From Mytilus californianus (lineage: Eukaryota), in assembly GCF_021869535.1 (NCBI RefSeq), contig NW_026262637.1, forward strand, positions 26,412,001-26,476,000: DNA of 64,000 nt, in the 5' to 3' direction. Under the pieces are notes generated by a model, which was not told the origin of the DNA, searched no databases, and worked only from the letters and a program-made list of their open reading frames with translations. This document shows positions 52,399 through 64,000 of the stretch, piece after piece (the first letter of the stretch is position 1; each line of letters begins with the position of its first letter). The translations under genes and the position numbers were made by a program.

Positions 52399-53334
52399 TA
52401 TATATTACCAGGCATGTGACAGCATCAAGACACTAAATAACGTCGATCTGAACTCTTATGCACAGTTAATGTTACCAAATTTTAGATATGATCTGACCAA
52501 GTATAATGTACTTTACTCAACTGTAAAACTTAATTATAGTACTCATTCAAACCTTCGAACTTATATATTCTCTCTGATGTTACAAAGTGGCTTAATATTA
52601 TATATAGAAAAACAATTCTACGTGAAACAATCAAGACAGCGTTGTTCAAAATATAGTATAGCAGTGCACTTATTTCAGTGATTATTTTGGTTTCTATCTT
52701 GAGAATAGTTTAACTTCAGCTTTCACTGAGACACAATATTTGTTAACTTGAGACAACGCATGCCTTGTAAAGCGTTCACGTGTTTGAAATCAAACTGTCG
52801 AGAGAAGAGAACTGTATTGCACTAGATACTCTAGAGGAATATATTCCTCATTTTATGTGTACATGTAAGCAAACTTTTTCCTTTATATTTTTGGTGATTT
52901 TTTTATATGAAGTCATAATTCATTTTGCTTTTCATGACCATTATATAATCATAGCAAAAACAAACTATGGACACCGATTTCCGTACGCACGACGATGATG
53001 TGTTTCTGCAATACTATTCATCAGATATGCTCTTAACAAAAAGTTTTGAAAAAAAGCCAAATAAAATTACATCGAGAACATAAAACAAACAACAAAAGCC
53101 TCAACAACGAAGATCGCCAAAGGAACTTGATAAAATCAGTATAATTTCAACCGATTATAGAACAGACGAAGTTAACTTTCATCAGCCATCGAAAGTTCGT
53201 AAACGGTTAAGGTTATATAATAAAAGTGAATAAAATTAATTTTGAGACATATGAATCAACTAAGAACAAGGTACATCTGTCCCATTGGCATTTAGTCGTG
53301 TCAAAGAATTTTATTTGCAATTAATGAATTACTG

Positions 53335-56300
53335 TCAACCAAATCTTTCATTATTATTGTCTATATCCTGTTGAGTTGGTGCCTTTGGTGCATTCCTACC
53401 GAAAGTAGACTGTAGAAATGAAAACGAAGTGTTTACACCCGAGTGAGCCATTTGTGGAATGACATTTGCAGCGTTCATCAATACCCTGGGATCTTGAGAA
53501 AAACAATTTGGACCAATGTATGGATATGACATTGGAACAATATATCCTAGATTGTCAGAAGTGCTTTGGTGTCTTGGCATTATTTTTGTACCACTTGCAG
53601 CTGCACTTTCGCAGTTTGGATTGTTTTGACTTTTAGCACTGACGGTTTCTGAGTTTATTTTGTCTGATCTTGGAAACACAACTGCTGTGTTGCCTGAGCT
53701 ACCGGACATCCTTCCGACATTTTTGAAGTTCTCACATGTTTTTGAACCTTTGTCATGTAGACGTTTTGAACTTTCCGAAGTTAAATTCACCGGGTTTCTA
53801 ATGTCAATGTCTTTCAAGCGCTTGCCATCATTTTCTGTTGTTTCAGCTTTTCGTTTTTCACCCGACGGTTTTATAAGAGGCTGACTTGGTTCATTCACGG
53901 GTTTAAAGTCCGCAACCACAGACAGTGGATTGCCTCCGGTCAAAGCGTCAGGAGATATTTTGATATTAAGTGTAATTGATGGAAAGGATGGGTTTGGCGT
54001 CGCAATCTTTGATTTTACATCTGCCTTTGTCGCTTCTTCAGTTTCTGAAGCTAAAAATAAAATCATATCATATTGAACGTTAAATACACAAACTTTAGAT
54101 GAATGATTATTATATTTCAAATCCAATGGATAGATTTGATTAAAATCATGAAAAAAAAGCGGAACGTGAAATTAAATGATAGTGCTTCCTTCTTTAATTA
54201 TTATTGAGAAGACCATGTACGCAGATTGCCACAGAAAGGCTATGTAGGCTAAAAGAGAAGCACACAGCTGGCTTTATTGAAACAAGTTTTTTGTAGTTAT
54301 ATGTATAAAAATTCAAAAGCGCCATCGATGAATACATTAGCTTTGTTAAACTTTAAACTATAGAGTAAGCAGTATTAATGTATATACCTTCTAATGTGTT
54401 GATATTTAAGGATCTGATCCATTTTTTGAGTTCTAGTCTGTCATTGTCATCTAATCGCTGCAGTAGTTCTCTAACTTTTGTTTTTGCATCTACCAATGAC
54501 AGCATCCTTGTACCTGCGAACAATTTAGAAAGGTTAAATGTGGAGCTCTTAGGGTAGTACGGGAGTATGATTGAAAAAGGTCGGGAATTACATAAACGGT
54601 ACCAATTTTACTGCACCAGACGAGAGTCGTAAATTTTGATATCATTGAAAGTAATTTATTTGTGTGCCTTCAGAAAACCGAAGGCATTAACATTATTTTG
54701 TGTTGACTTGTGATATTAACCTAAAAAAAAATTATGAAAGCTTTTGATTTATTAAAAAATTGAAAAAAAATGAAAATATCTTTCTATATACTGTACAGAT
54801 ATATTGTATTAAAGATTTAACTATTTTGTTATAAAAAAAGCTGAACGATGTTTTTTCTTTTGAATTTTCTGTAAGTATTCAACTAGAGCTACTATATCTT
54901 GTCGTATTTTATTTTAGGATTCTTGGCATTAAGGTTTTTTCTAGTCACAAAATTAGTGCTTCTCTCCAGTATTATAATAGCAAAAAAAGAGATTGTTCAC
55001 AACCAGTAGCTTGAAAGTAGGTCAGTGATATATACTTTTTATTCTATATTAAGAAGTAGTTTTATAGCAATATTCGCAAATTTCGTGATCTAAGGAACAC
55101 CATAAATATTTACCCTTCACGGACACTTTTAATTGTTTAGAGAGTGTCAGTCTAAACACTTCTTCCTAAAATATTAATTACTATCATCATTGTCAAAGCA
55201 TTAACTACTTTGGCAGATTATACCACAGAGGACTTTTAGTCAACCAATAAGATTATAGGTAAAACAGCTATTGAATTTGATGCTTTAGAAACACTGTTCT
55301 TGATCAATATTTACCCTAAACACTACGAGTCAAAAGTTCGGATAGTCAAAGATGACAAACAATTTTTTTGATAATGTCCTATACATGCGATATCTTAAAG
55401 TGTAATTGTTGAGACAATCTTTCTTTGTATGGGATCTAGTACGAATGATATCTTTCAATGAGAAAATAGGTAACATTCACACGAACAAATTATTTGTATG
55501 ATTATTTCCAGATATTGCTGGTCCGATGTAAATTTATTAATATAAGTCGGAATATCAAATCTGTATATACCTTTAAATATATTGGTAAAGCACAAAGGAA
55601 ATAATAACGACTCACCAGTACATTAGCGAATGATTACATAGAACAGGGTATAAATGAAAAAGGTAGGGAAGACAAAATGCCCGCAAAGATTCTACGTTTA
55701 TTGTATTACATATTGTCAAAGGTAAGTTTATCAAGGATTTCGCTTTTAAAACCGACATAAATATTGTGTTACAAACGATAACAGGATATATACAAATACA
55801 AACAAAGCTTGTAGTACTTACCGTATATTTCTTCAACAGTGTCCGAATCCTCAGTATCGTCGGACATTTGACCATTCATATCTTTAACAGTTCCCTCGCT
55901 ATTAACGTCATTCTGGTAACTATCTTCGGAAACTCTAGAACAAAGTGTCGGCCTATCATTTATGTCCTTGTCTGATAAATCGATTTCTGTTTTAACTCTG
56001 TCCGGTACAAGTGTTGGGGAATCAAATGTCTGACAAAACATTTTGGAATGTTTACTGTCTGTGATCTGCATTGAAGAATTAGATTGAACTTTATCTTGTT
56101 TTGAGCTGGACACCATTCCGTAACTCTCAGACAGAATGAACTCTGTAGGAGCATTCATTGTTGCACGTGGAAGACCGGTAATGTCGCGAATCATTCGGAC
56201 AAGATCGCTCAATTTATTGACTCCCATCGCGCATGTTCGATACCATGACTGCAAAGGAATAGGCTGCATACTAGTTATGCCTAGATAGAATGGAGAATTT

Positions 56301-57250
56301 TCATATTTCATGTTTTGTGGTCTTTTCTCTTCATACAGTTTGTAAATTGCAACTGGGTCTCTTTCAGGAATTTCCGGTTGTTCCCAGATACACAGTCTGT
56401 TCCCATGGTGATCATATTTACTATGTGCAATAGAGTTTTGGACATCTACTGGTTCATAAATCATGTACTTCTTTCCGTTTTGGTTAGTTTTAAGTTTGAT
56501 ATCACCCCACAGAAGATTTTTGTGGTCTATAGCTTTCCTTAACCTAAAATGAACAATAAACAAGAAACACAGTGTATTTATCACTGACATCGGAGTGTAT
56601 GGTCCCATTTCATGTGCAGAAAACAAATGGTTGACCTTTTCCAAAGTTAGCCGACCGAAAGGTTCCGGTTGCTTTTTGCTGCCTTTACCAAGTTCCCTTA
56701 GTTTCTGTTGTTTGTATTTCAAAGCATTTCTTGTCCCTACGAAAACACAATCCCTGGTGACAGATTGTGGATAATTCTTTAGTTTAAGATATCGTTCTAC
56801 ACTGCAGAGCATTCCTCTTAAACTGGCGGGTTCGTACTCGTTACCGTCGTGTTTCTTGACTACTGAGAAGAATGCTGACAGATATCTATCGAGATGGACA
56901 GGTTGAATCAACTCTGGTCCGCGGAATTCGTTGATTGATCTTAGGTATGTTATGAAAATACGAATATCCGTATCAGTCTTCCTTTGGGTATTCTTGTTTT
57001 CCATGTTAATACCAAGATCTTCCTCACAGTCATAAACTTCGCTGTCGTTCGCTGTAGATAATCGTCTTTCTGTCGCTCGCCAAGCCTCAAAATTTTCATC
57101 TTCGTTTTCATTGGAAAAATCATCATCGCTGTCAATCGTAAGACTACTGGCGTTGTCAGGAGATGTGCACGCTAGATGGCTATCACCAGAAACGTTTTCA
57201 GTTTTTACAAGTGCAGCTTTTGGAACATCTGTTTCTTCGTGTTCGTCCAT
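53335..57250 (-). CDS. DUF3504 / Crypton tyrosine-recombinase-derived protein (KIAA1958/ZMYM/QRICH1-type domain), 756 aa, 3 exons
   Basis: Exons 57250-55822, 54513-54388 and 54050-53335 (both introns phase 1; 2271 nt); AATAAA at 53310-53315. Motifs NTQRKT, LDRYLSAFF...KHDGNEYEPASL, FRLRKAIDHKNLLWGDI, RDPVAIYKLYEEKRP, PFYL and WY...MGVNKL. Confidence 0.88.
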
Positions 57251-60202
57251 TTCACAAGTTGTTCCGAGGTAATCTGTACCACGACAGAGTCTGGAAACGA
57301 ATATTCTATTGTAGAGTCTCGGATATCGTTACCACATCAACCTACCTAAATGACTCGAAACAGCCTATTGATATGGTGTTACAAACATTTCTGGAGAACT
57401 GCATACAATATCTCGTGAGGTCAACAATGATAACCATATATAGCAGGATATAGCTGCCTTATCGTTGTACAGTGAAATATGTTCATGTCTCATATCTCCG
57501 TTCAAAAACACATGAAACAGGTGTTATCATCCCACTACACTTTATCTGAAATTATACAAATTATGTATAATAATCAAAAGACAAATTCAAGATTAAATGT
57601 CTTGTTACATGTAATATTAAGTTGAATTTTACACCTTTGCAATATTTAAGAGTTATGAAAAATCAAGAACTGCATTTGGTCCTTCAACAATGAATAGTGT
57701 CATCAAGCTACAAATATGATGGGGAACTAGAGGTGTTTTTAAAAAAGATGAACGTTTGCTCTCATCAAGAAAAAAATTAGAACAATAAAATTGAACTTGA
57801 TATTTAGAATACGTAAATGGAAACCCAGAAAATTGCCATGATAAATGCTACTTTGCGTCCATAATTTTAAAGAAAATTGATGTTCAATCTTACTAATGCA
57901 AAAGAAAGTTTTTTGGTGCATATCAAATATGTTTAAACTGCGAAAACTTAGAACAAATAAAATAAAAATCCACATGATGGAATAACATATCCCTATTTGC
58001 TTTATCATATATCTTATCTATTGGTAGCTAAGTACTTTTTCATTTAGTACCTCAGCTGCTCTCATATCATGATAGATAACAAAGATATACAGTTTGTTAT
58101 GCAATAAGTCCTCTTCACCTACAGTTGTTTGCTCTATATTTCATATAACTAAGTTTTTTTTCAAAAAATATCTTTTTGTTATTTATGGTTGGATTTTAAC
58201 AAAACCATGTGTCGAAAGACACATGTCATATATTTGTCTTCCGTTGTTTTTCTCGTCTTCTGATGTTAACATGTGCAATTTAATTTGATTGAAATATATA
58301 TGGAGCAAATATCCGGACAACAAATAATACTTGTATGGATATCATCAGATTTATTTTAACTTCTCTGTAACCTTTATTCTCGCATGGTTTTATGAGAATA
58401 AACTATCTATATATATCTATCTTGATATTGTGAACGTCTCACAACAAAAATATAACCTAATAAACAAATAAACCTGTTGGTACTAAGTTCATTAGAATCC
58501 CACAGGAAATGACCTATAGAAATACTATAATAAAGCATATAGTTTTATATGAAAGATAAAGCTAAGACTTGTAGGTGTAGAATACTTATTGCATAACACT
58601 GTAGTTCTATAGTGCACTGTATAGGACAAACATTTACTGCTTTGACCTTGAAACCTTTTCAGACAAATCTGTTCTATTCTTATTGCAGTTGACATAAAGA
58701 GAAACCAAAGAGAAAAAGATCATAAAAAATATATGTGTCATTATATAAATGTGGTAATTCGGTCTAAAGATAATTTCGGAGAACTATGAAGGTCGGATTG
58801 ACATGGGCTGTTATAATCACCTATATACATGGCGACCTTGGTTCACTTATATATATTTGAAAGCTTTTACAACAAGTTTTTGTATTATTGGTGCAAAAAG
58901 GGGTCGTGGTACCCAATATAAGAGACCTGTCAAGAGGTTTATCATTTCGAAAAAATGGGAAAATATGAAAACTAGGTACTTTTTAAAAAACTTTACAAAG
59001 TTCTTTAACTACTACACGTATTTGGCTTAGAAGTTTGGCTGCACCTGCAGAAATCTTATCACAAACGGAGTATTACACACATATTTTTAAGATGATGTTG
59101 TTTATAGAGATCGGCACAAATTGTAAAAGCACAAAAATACAAACAAATTACAAAATGATTTGAAACTTTAAGTACCGATCATATAGAGTACTCGCAAAGC
59201 CAAATTCCAACTACAGACTAAAATATCAATCAGTGACCTCCAACCAATTTAGTTTAAATATATCAGAAGCAGTATAAGGAACCCATTTGGTTTTCTCTTC
59301 TAAATTGCTTGACATTTATTATGATTTTGTCATTCAGGTGACTTTTATGCTTACTGTACAATGTGAGTTTTGCTCATTGTTGAGGTCATACGGTGACCTG
59401 TTATTGTTCATATCTTTATGTGTTGGTTTTTATTTGATAGGTGTCTCATTGACAATCCTACCACATCTCCTTATTTTTAGATTTTGATTTCTGCGGAAGA
59501 TAGAAATCGACGAACTAACGTGATTAAATTGTTTATTAACGTACGTCTGTGTTAGATTGTAAAATCTATTATAATTGTAAAAAGTCGAAATAAGGACATT
59601 AATCCAAATATATATTTAATTGAATGATTTGCATTACAAGTCGAGATTCATACGCGGTATTTATTCTTATACAAAAAGCAACCCCAAACAAAGTTTTCCG
59701 TGACATTATCTGTTATTCGTTTTTATTTAAAAGGTCTTGAAATACATGTTGCTTGTATAACATCCAGTGGCAATTATTTCATGCAAATTCAGGACGAGAA
59801 ACTTATACAATGAATACAATTGGTAGGTTCTGCAATGTGGGACGACAGTGATGAAAGACGGATAATTTTGACTACCACTGGTAATAAGGGTATGTTGGAT
59901 AGGGGCAGACAATTTGCCTTGAAACAGGCTACATACTGACACTTCAAAGAGTTGTATCAAGGGTTCTTTACCGTGCAGATAGCGTTGTATTCTCCCTACA
60001 GAGGAATTGGATTTAACGTACAGTTCTGATCGGACGTGACTGCGAATTAATACACCCGCACAGTCAAACGAACGCCCCCTTTGGCAAGGGTTTTCCTGCC
60101 GGTCGTAAGAATACCAAGGTGACCACATATCTATACATCATTCACCATTTGGGTTACATTTAAAAAAAAAGAAATATGATAACTATCTTCCCAAGACCAA
60201 CG

Positions 60203-60792
60203 GATAAGGATATAAACAACACAGTTGTACACAGATAAGGATGTAAACAACACAGTCGTACATAGATAAGGATGTAAACAACACAGTTGTACACAGATGT
60301 AAACAACACAGTTGTACACAGATAAGGATGTAAACAACACAGTTGTACATAGATAAGGATGTAAACAACACAGTTGTACACAGATAAGAATGTAAACAAC
60401 ACAGTTGTACACAGATGTAAACAACACAGTTGTACATATATAAGGATGTAAACAACACAGTTGTACATATATAAGGATGTAAACAACACAGTTGTACACA
60501 GATGTAAACAACACAGTTGTACACAGATAAGGATGTAAACAACACAGTTGTACACAGATGTAAACAACACAGCTGTACACAGATAAGGATGTCAACAACA
60601 CAGTTGTACACAGATGTAAACAACACAGTTGTACACAGATAATGATGTCAACAACACAGTTGTACACAGATAAGGATGTAAACAACACAGTTGTACACAG
60701 ATAAGGATGTAAACAACACAGTTGTACACATATAAGGATGTCAACAACACAGTTGTACACAGATAAGGATGTAAACAACACAGTTGTACACA
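60203..60792. repeat. Minisatellite of 20 units (15 x 31 bp and 5 x 25 bp)
   Basis: GATAAGGATGTAAACAACACAGTTGTACACA and a variant lacking 6 bp; source of the Cys-rich ORFs on the minus strand. Confidence 0.97.
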
Positions 60793-62920
60793 GATTTGTA
60801 TTTATTTTCAGCTGATTGCAAAACTTTCCTTGTCGTCGTCTAACGATGGACACATATATTATCAGTGCGGCCATAGAGTTAATTCCATGAGGAACATGAC
60901 AGATGCCACTAGTGAGGTACAACACCAGTTTTTTTGAAGGGAGATATGTGTTGCTCAATCTTTATTTTTCTGTGTACTGTTTGTTGTTGTTTGTCTTTTT
61001 GTCGCTTTTTGGCAATGTTGTTGTCTGTTTTATTGGACTAATGATTTTCCATTACCTCCTTGCTATCCTCTCTTTTTTTAATTAAAAAAGAAAACACCAA
61101 ACCAGAACACATGGACTAAAATCGTTATTAAAAGGACAATTATGTTCAGCTGATTGCAAAACTTGGTTTTTTGCTGTGCATGTACTGATTTTGTGTCATG
61201 GATGGAACCATATATCCTTTCTTTTCTATTTCCAAGTCGTTGTCTAACGATGGACACATATGTTTTCAGAGCAGCTAAATAGGTAATTTTACGAGAAACA
61301 CGACAAGTGGAGTATGAACTGCTTACTCTTCCAGAGCACATGAGTTCACCCCCGTTTGAGGGAAGGGGGTGTCAATTTTCTTTTGGCTTTTGTTTTGTCT
61401 GTATTTATTGGACACGAATTTTGATTGTCCCCTTGCTATCTTTTCTCTTTTTTTAATTAAACAAATTTTATTAGGACATAGTTACCTAAGAGCAGCACAA
61501 AGCAAAGGCATGGGGTACTTCTGACCTATTCTAGTTTTGCTCTGCTAAATGCCGCTCTGTCCAAACAGTAGATATAGCTAGCCTACAGTATATTTGACAT
61601 AACTACATAAAACTGTGATAGCTAAATATTTATAACTAATCTTCTTCCAAACAGGATAACACAAAACATACCTATTTTTACATTTGAATTTCCGAACGTT
61701 GCTTCCATTTCAAATGACGTCATCAAATTTTTTTTTTTACGGGAAATCTAATGGAATTGCATAGAACCGGACGAAGACACTAAGTCTGACAACCGCTTTC
61801 CCATGAACGAATACGAGAAGTATAGGGTCGTGTTTCTTGCAGAATAAGAGAATAAGAGAGTCTTTATTTCAACGAATCAAGTACAACAGTAAATTGAAAT
61901 CGCAAGTGATTGAATAATAGACATGTCTAATTAGATTCCACAACCAAAAAAGGTTTTGAGTATATTTATATATTCGCGACACTTTATAGTTCATATAACA
62001 GTAGTTATAAAAAAAAATAGTTTTCTTCATCTTGCCAATGTAAATAAAACAAATACAAGGAAAATTAACTCTACCATTTCTGTCGTAGCTACCCCGGCTG
62101 ATAGAAATCACTGTGGTGGTGTATAGTTTTGGAACTGTCACCCAAACTCGTCCTTTTAGAATTAAGACAAACACAAGTTGTACACACGCGCAAACAAAAA
62201 CCTTACTTTTAAAATAATAATAGTTTAGGGTTGATGATAGGGTTTTTTTTTCTTATGTGGGGCAGTTAAGACAAGCTATAGAAAAAGATCGTATTCAATG
62301 CGTTTTCATTAGAGGAATAACGTTTTATGAAAATTCATGGGATATAAACTAGTGTTTGATATACTAAAAAAATGTCGAGGGGTGAGTTGAAGTTAACCGT
62401 GAGTGAAAAAGGGGTGTGAGAGAAGAGTCTCAGTTTTTTGGGTGATTATCAAAGTTGATTTTACAAGGGTAGTTAATACAATTCGTTACATAAAACACAA
62501 CATATAGGTAATTAAAAACACTAGCGACCCAATACAAGGAAACAAAATATTCCAGTAGGAGCAAAAGTCAGTCATTAACTGACTCATTCTTGTGCGCCGA
62601 AAACTCGATATTGTGTCAGTTTATAACAGTAGAAATTTTGTACACTGAATTTGATACACAGACCTTGTATTGTGCGTTAACACGACAGATGTAATATACC
62701 CACGACAGGACTATCTGTTTAGTAGATAAAACTCTGTCCCGTCTAGTGCCAATATCCGAAAGTACTTAATACTAACTGATATAGGTCATTCACTGGGCTG
62801 ATAATTCCTAGTTGGTCTGATAAAATCGCCTGATATTTTTTATAACGTTAAATATATACACAAACCGTTAGCAAGCAGTGTCGTTTGTTTGTATTGAAAT
62901 CAGTTATATTCATATATAAG

Positions 62921-62923
<3 letters not shown>

Positions 62924-62968
<45 letters not shown>
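62924..62968. repeat. (GA)n microsatellite
   Basis: About 22 GA units. Confidence 0.98.
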
Positions 62969-62971
<3 letters not shown>

Positions 62972-64000
62972 CTGTTTGGCATCTCTAAGATACATGTATT
63001 GTCAGAAAATCTTAAATGGTTTAGATCAAAAAATGTTTCTACGTTTACATAATGCACTTTGTGAGAGATTAATTCGTACTTTTCAAACATAAAACTGCAT
63101 GAATGAAATGCATGAATATACCTGAAGTAATTAGAAAGTTGGCAAATTTACGTGTTTAAAAGTTTTAAGTTATTATTTTTTTAACACTGATCTTATTGTG
63201 TAAGAAAATAAACTTACTATTAATTTAGAGAGTGGTCCACAACATTCCCAGTTCGGGATATAGCTCTTAGATATCGTTTTATAAACATGGGCGGATTATA
63301 TAAATGTTATCACATCTTTTATGTGTTATTGCATAGCAACAAAGTGTTATCGTATAGCAATGTTTGGGTTATCATATGTATATCGTGTAAATGTATATAC
63401 CTCGGGGTTTAACTGTAAAATGATGTAGATTTGTTATTCACAAATTAGAAAGATGAAAATTGATCTACAAGTTGGGAAAATGGAAAAATTTCGTTAAGCA
63501 GTAAAGTAATACAATTATATTATGCTTAAATTTGCAGTCTTTTTATAAATGCTTAAGTATAACACGGTCACCTTAACTCTTCCTCCTTTTCATATTTTAA
63601 AAGACTGTTTTCCAAGTAAAAATCATTATCTGCAATACTAAAGGTAAAACGAAACAAACGAAAGGAGAAATCAAAGTCCTGAAAGGACCATGGAAAAAGA
63701 TACCGGGTAATCTACGATTGCAAAGTTCAACCATGGTAAGCCACTCTAGAATAAAGTATTTTTACTTAAGTAAAATTATATTTTTTTAACTTAGCATCGA
63801 TTATAGTTTTTACTAAGCATTAATCTTATTTTAAGCCAGGTAAAACAATTAATGCTAGATAGAATATAATTAATGCTGAGTTAAAATGATCAATGCTAGG
63901 TTACTATATAATTTATGTTAGGTAACAATATATTTCATCATGGATAGGTAGAAATGAGTATTGCTATGTATTAATGCTAGCAGTTTAAGTTTTACTTTGC

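Noticed and set aside
53161-53200. CTGATGA plus hairpin on the minus strand (also near 30760-30785)
   Set aside because: No GAAA box or cleavage triplet follows, so these are not hammerheads.
60131-60958. Cys-rich ORFs of 275, 136 and 147 aa
   Set aside because: Translations of the 31/25-bp minisatellite; the repeat happens to lack minus-strand stops, and there is no coding context.
61715-61722. Perfect CRE palindrome TGACGTCA as a promoter
   Set aside because: An isolated 8-mer with no transcript evidence; another copy at about 7804 lies within a repeat.

Overview
AT-rich eukaryotic (metazoan) genomic DNA. The interspersed repeats resemble the abundant families I recall from Mytilus mussels; this is an inference, not a database match. 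Five genes were reconstructed by hand with phase-consistent splice sites: a mitochondrial [2Fe-2S] ferredoxin (minus strand, mostly missed by the ORF track), an intronless-CDS membrane-anchored copper amine oxidase (minus), RSPH3 (plus), PRDM13 (plus) and a Crypton-derived DUF3504 protein (minus). The main finding is that the ferredoxin gene carries two tandem, same-phase, apparently mutually exclusive exons 48 nt apart. One encodes an FDX1/adrenodoxin-type pre-cluster segment (...DVDGFG-ACEG) and the other an FDX2/Yah1/plant-MFDX-type segment (...DIELEG-ACEG), so one locus may make two ferredoxin types by splicing. Other signals include a PTF1A-RBPJ-like composite site next to the PRDM13 TATA box, an RFX X-box at the RSPH3 first exon, a degenerate minimal hammerhead-like motif 3' of the amine oxidase, several MITEs with clear TSDs, LINE remnants and tandem repeats.
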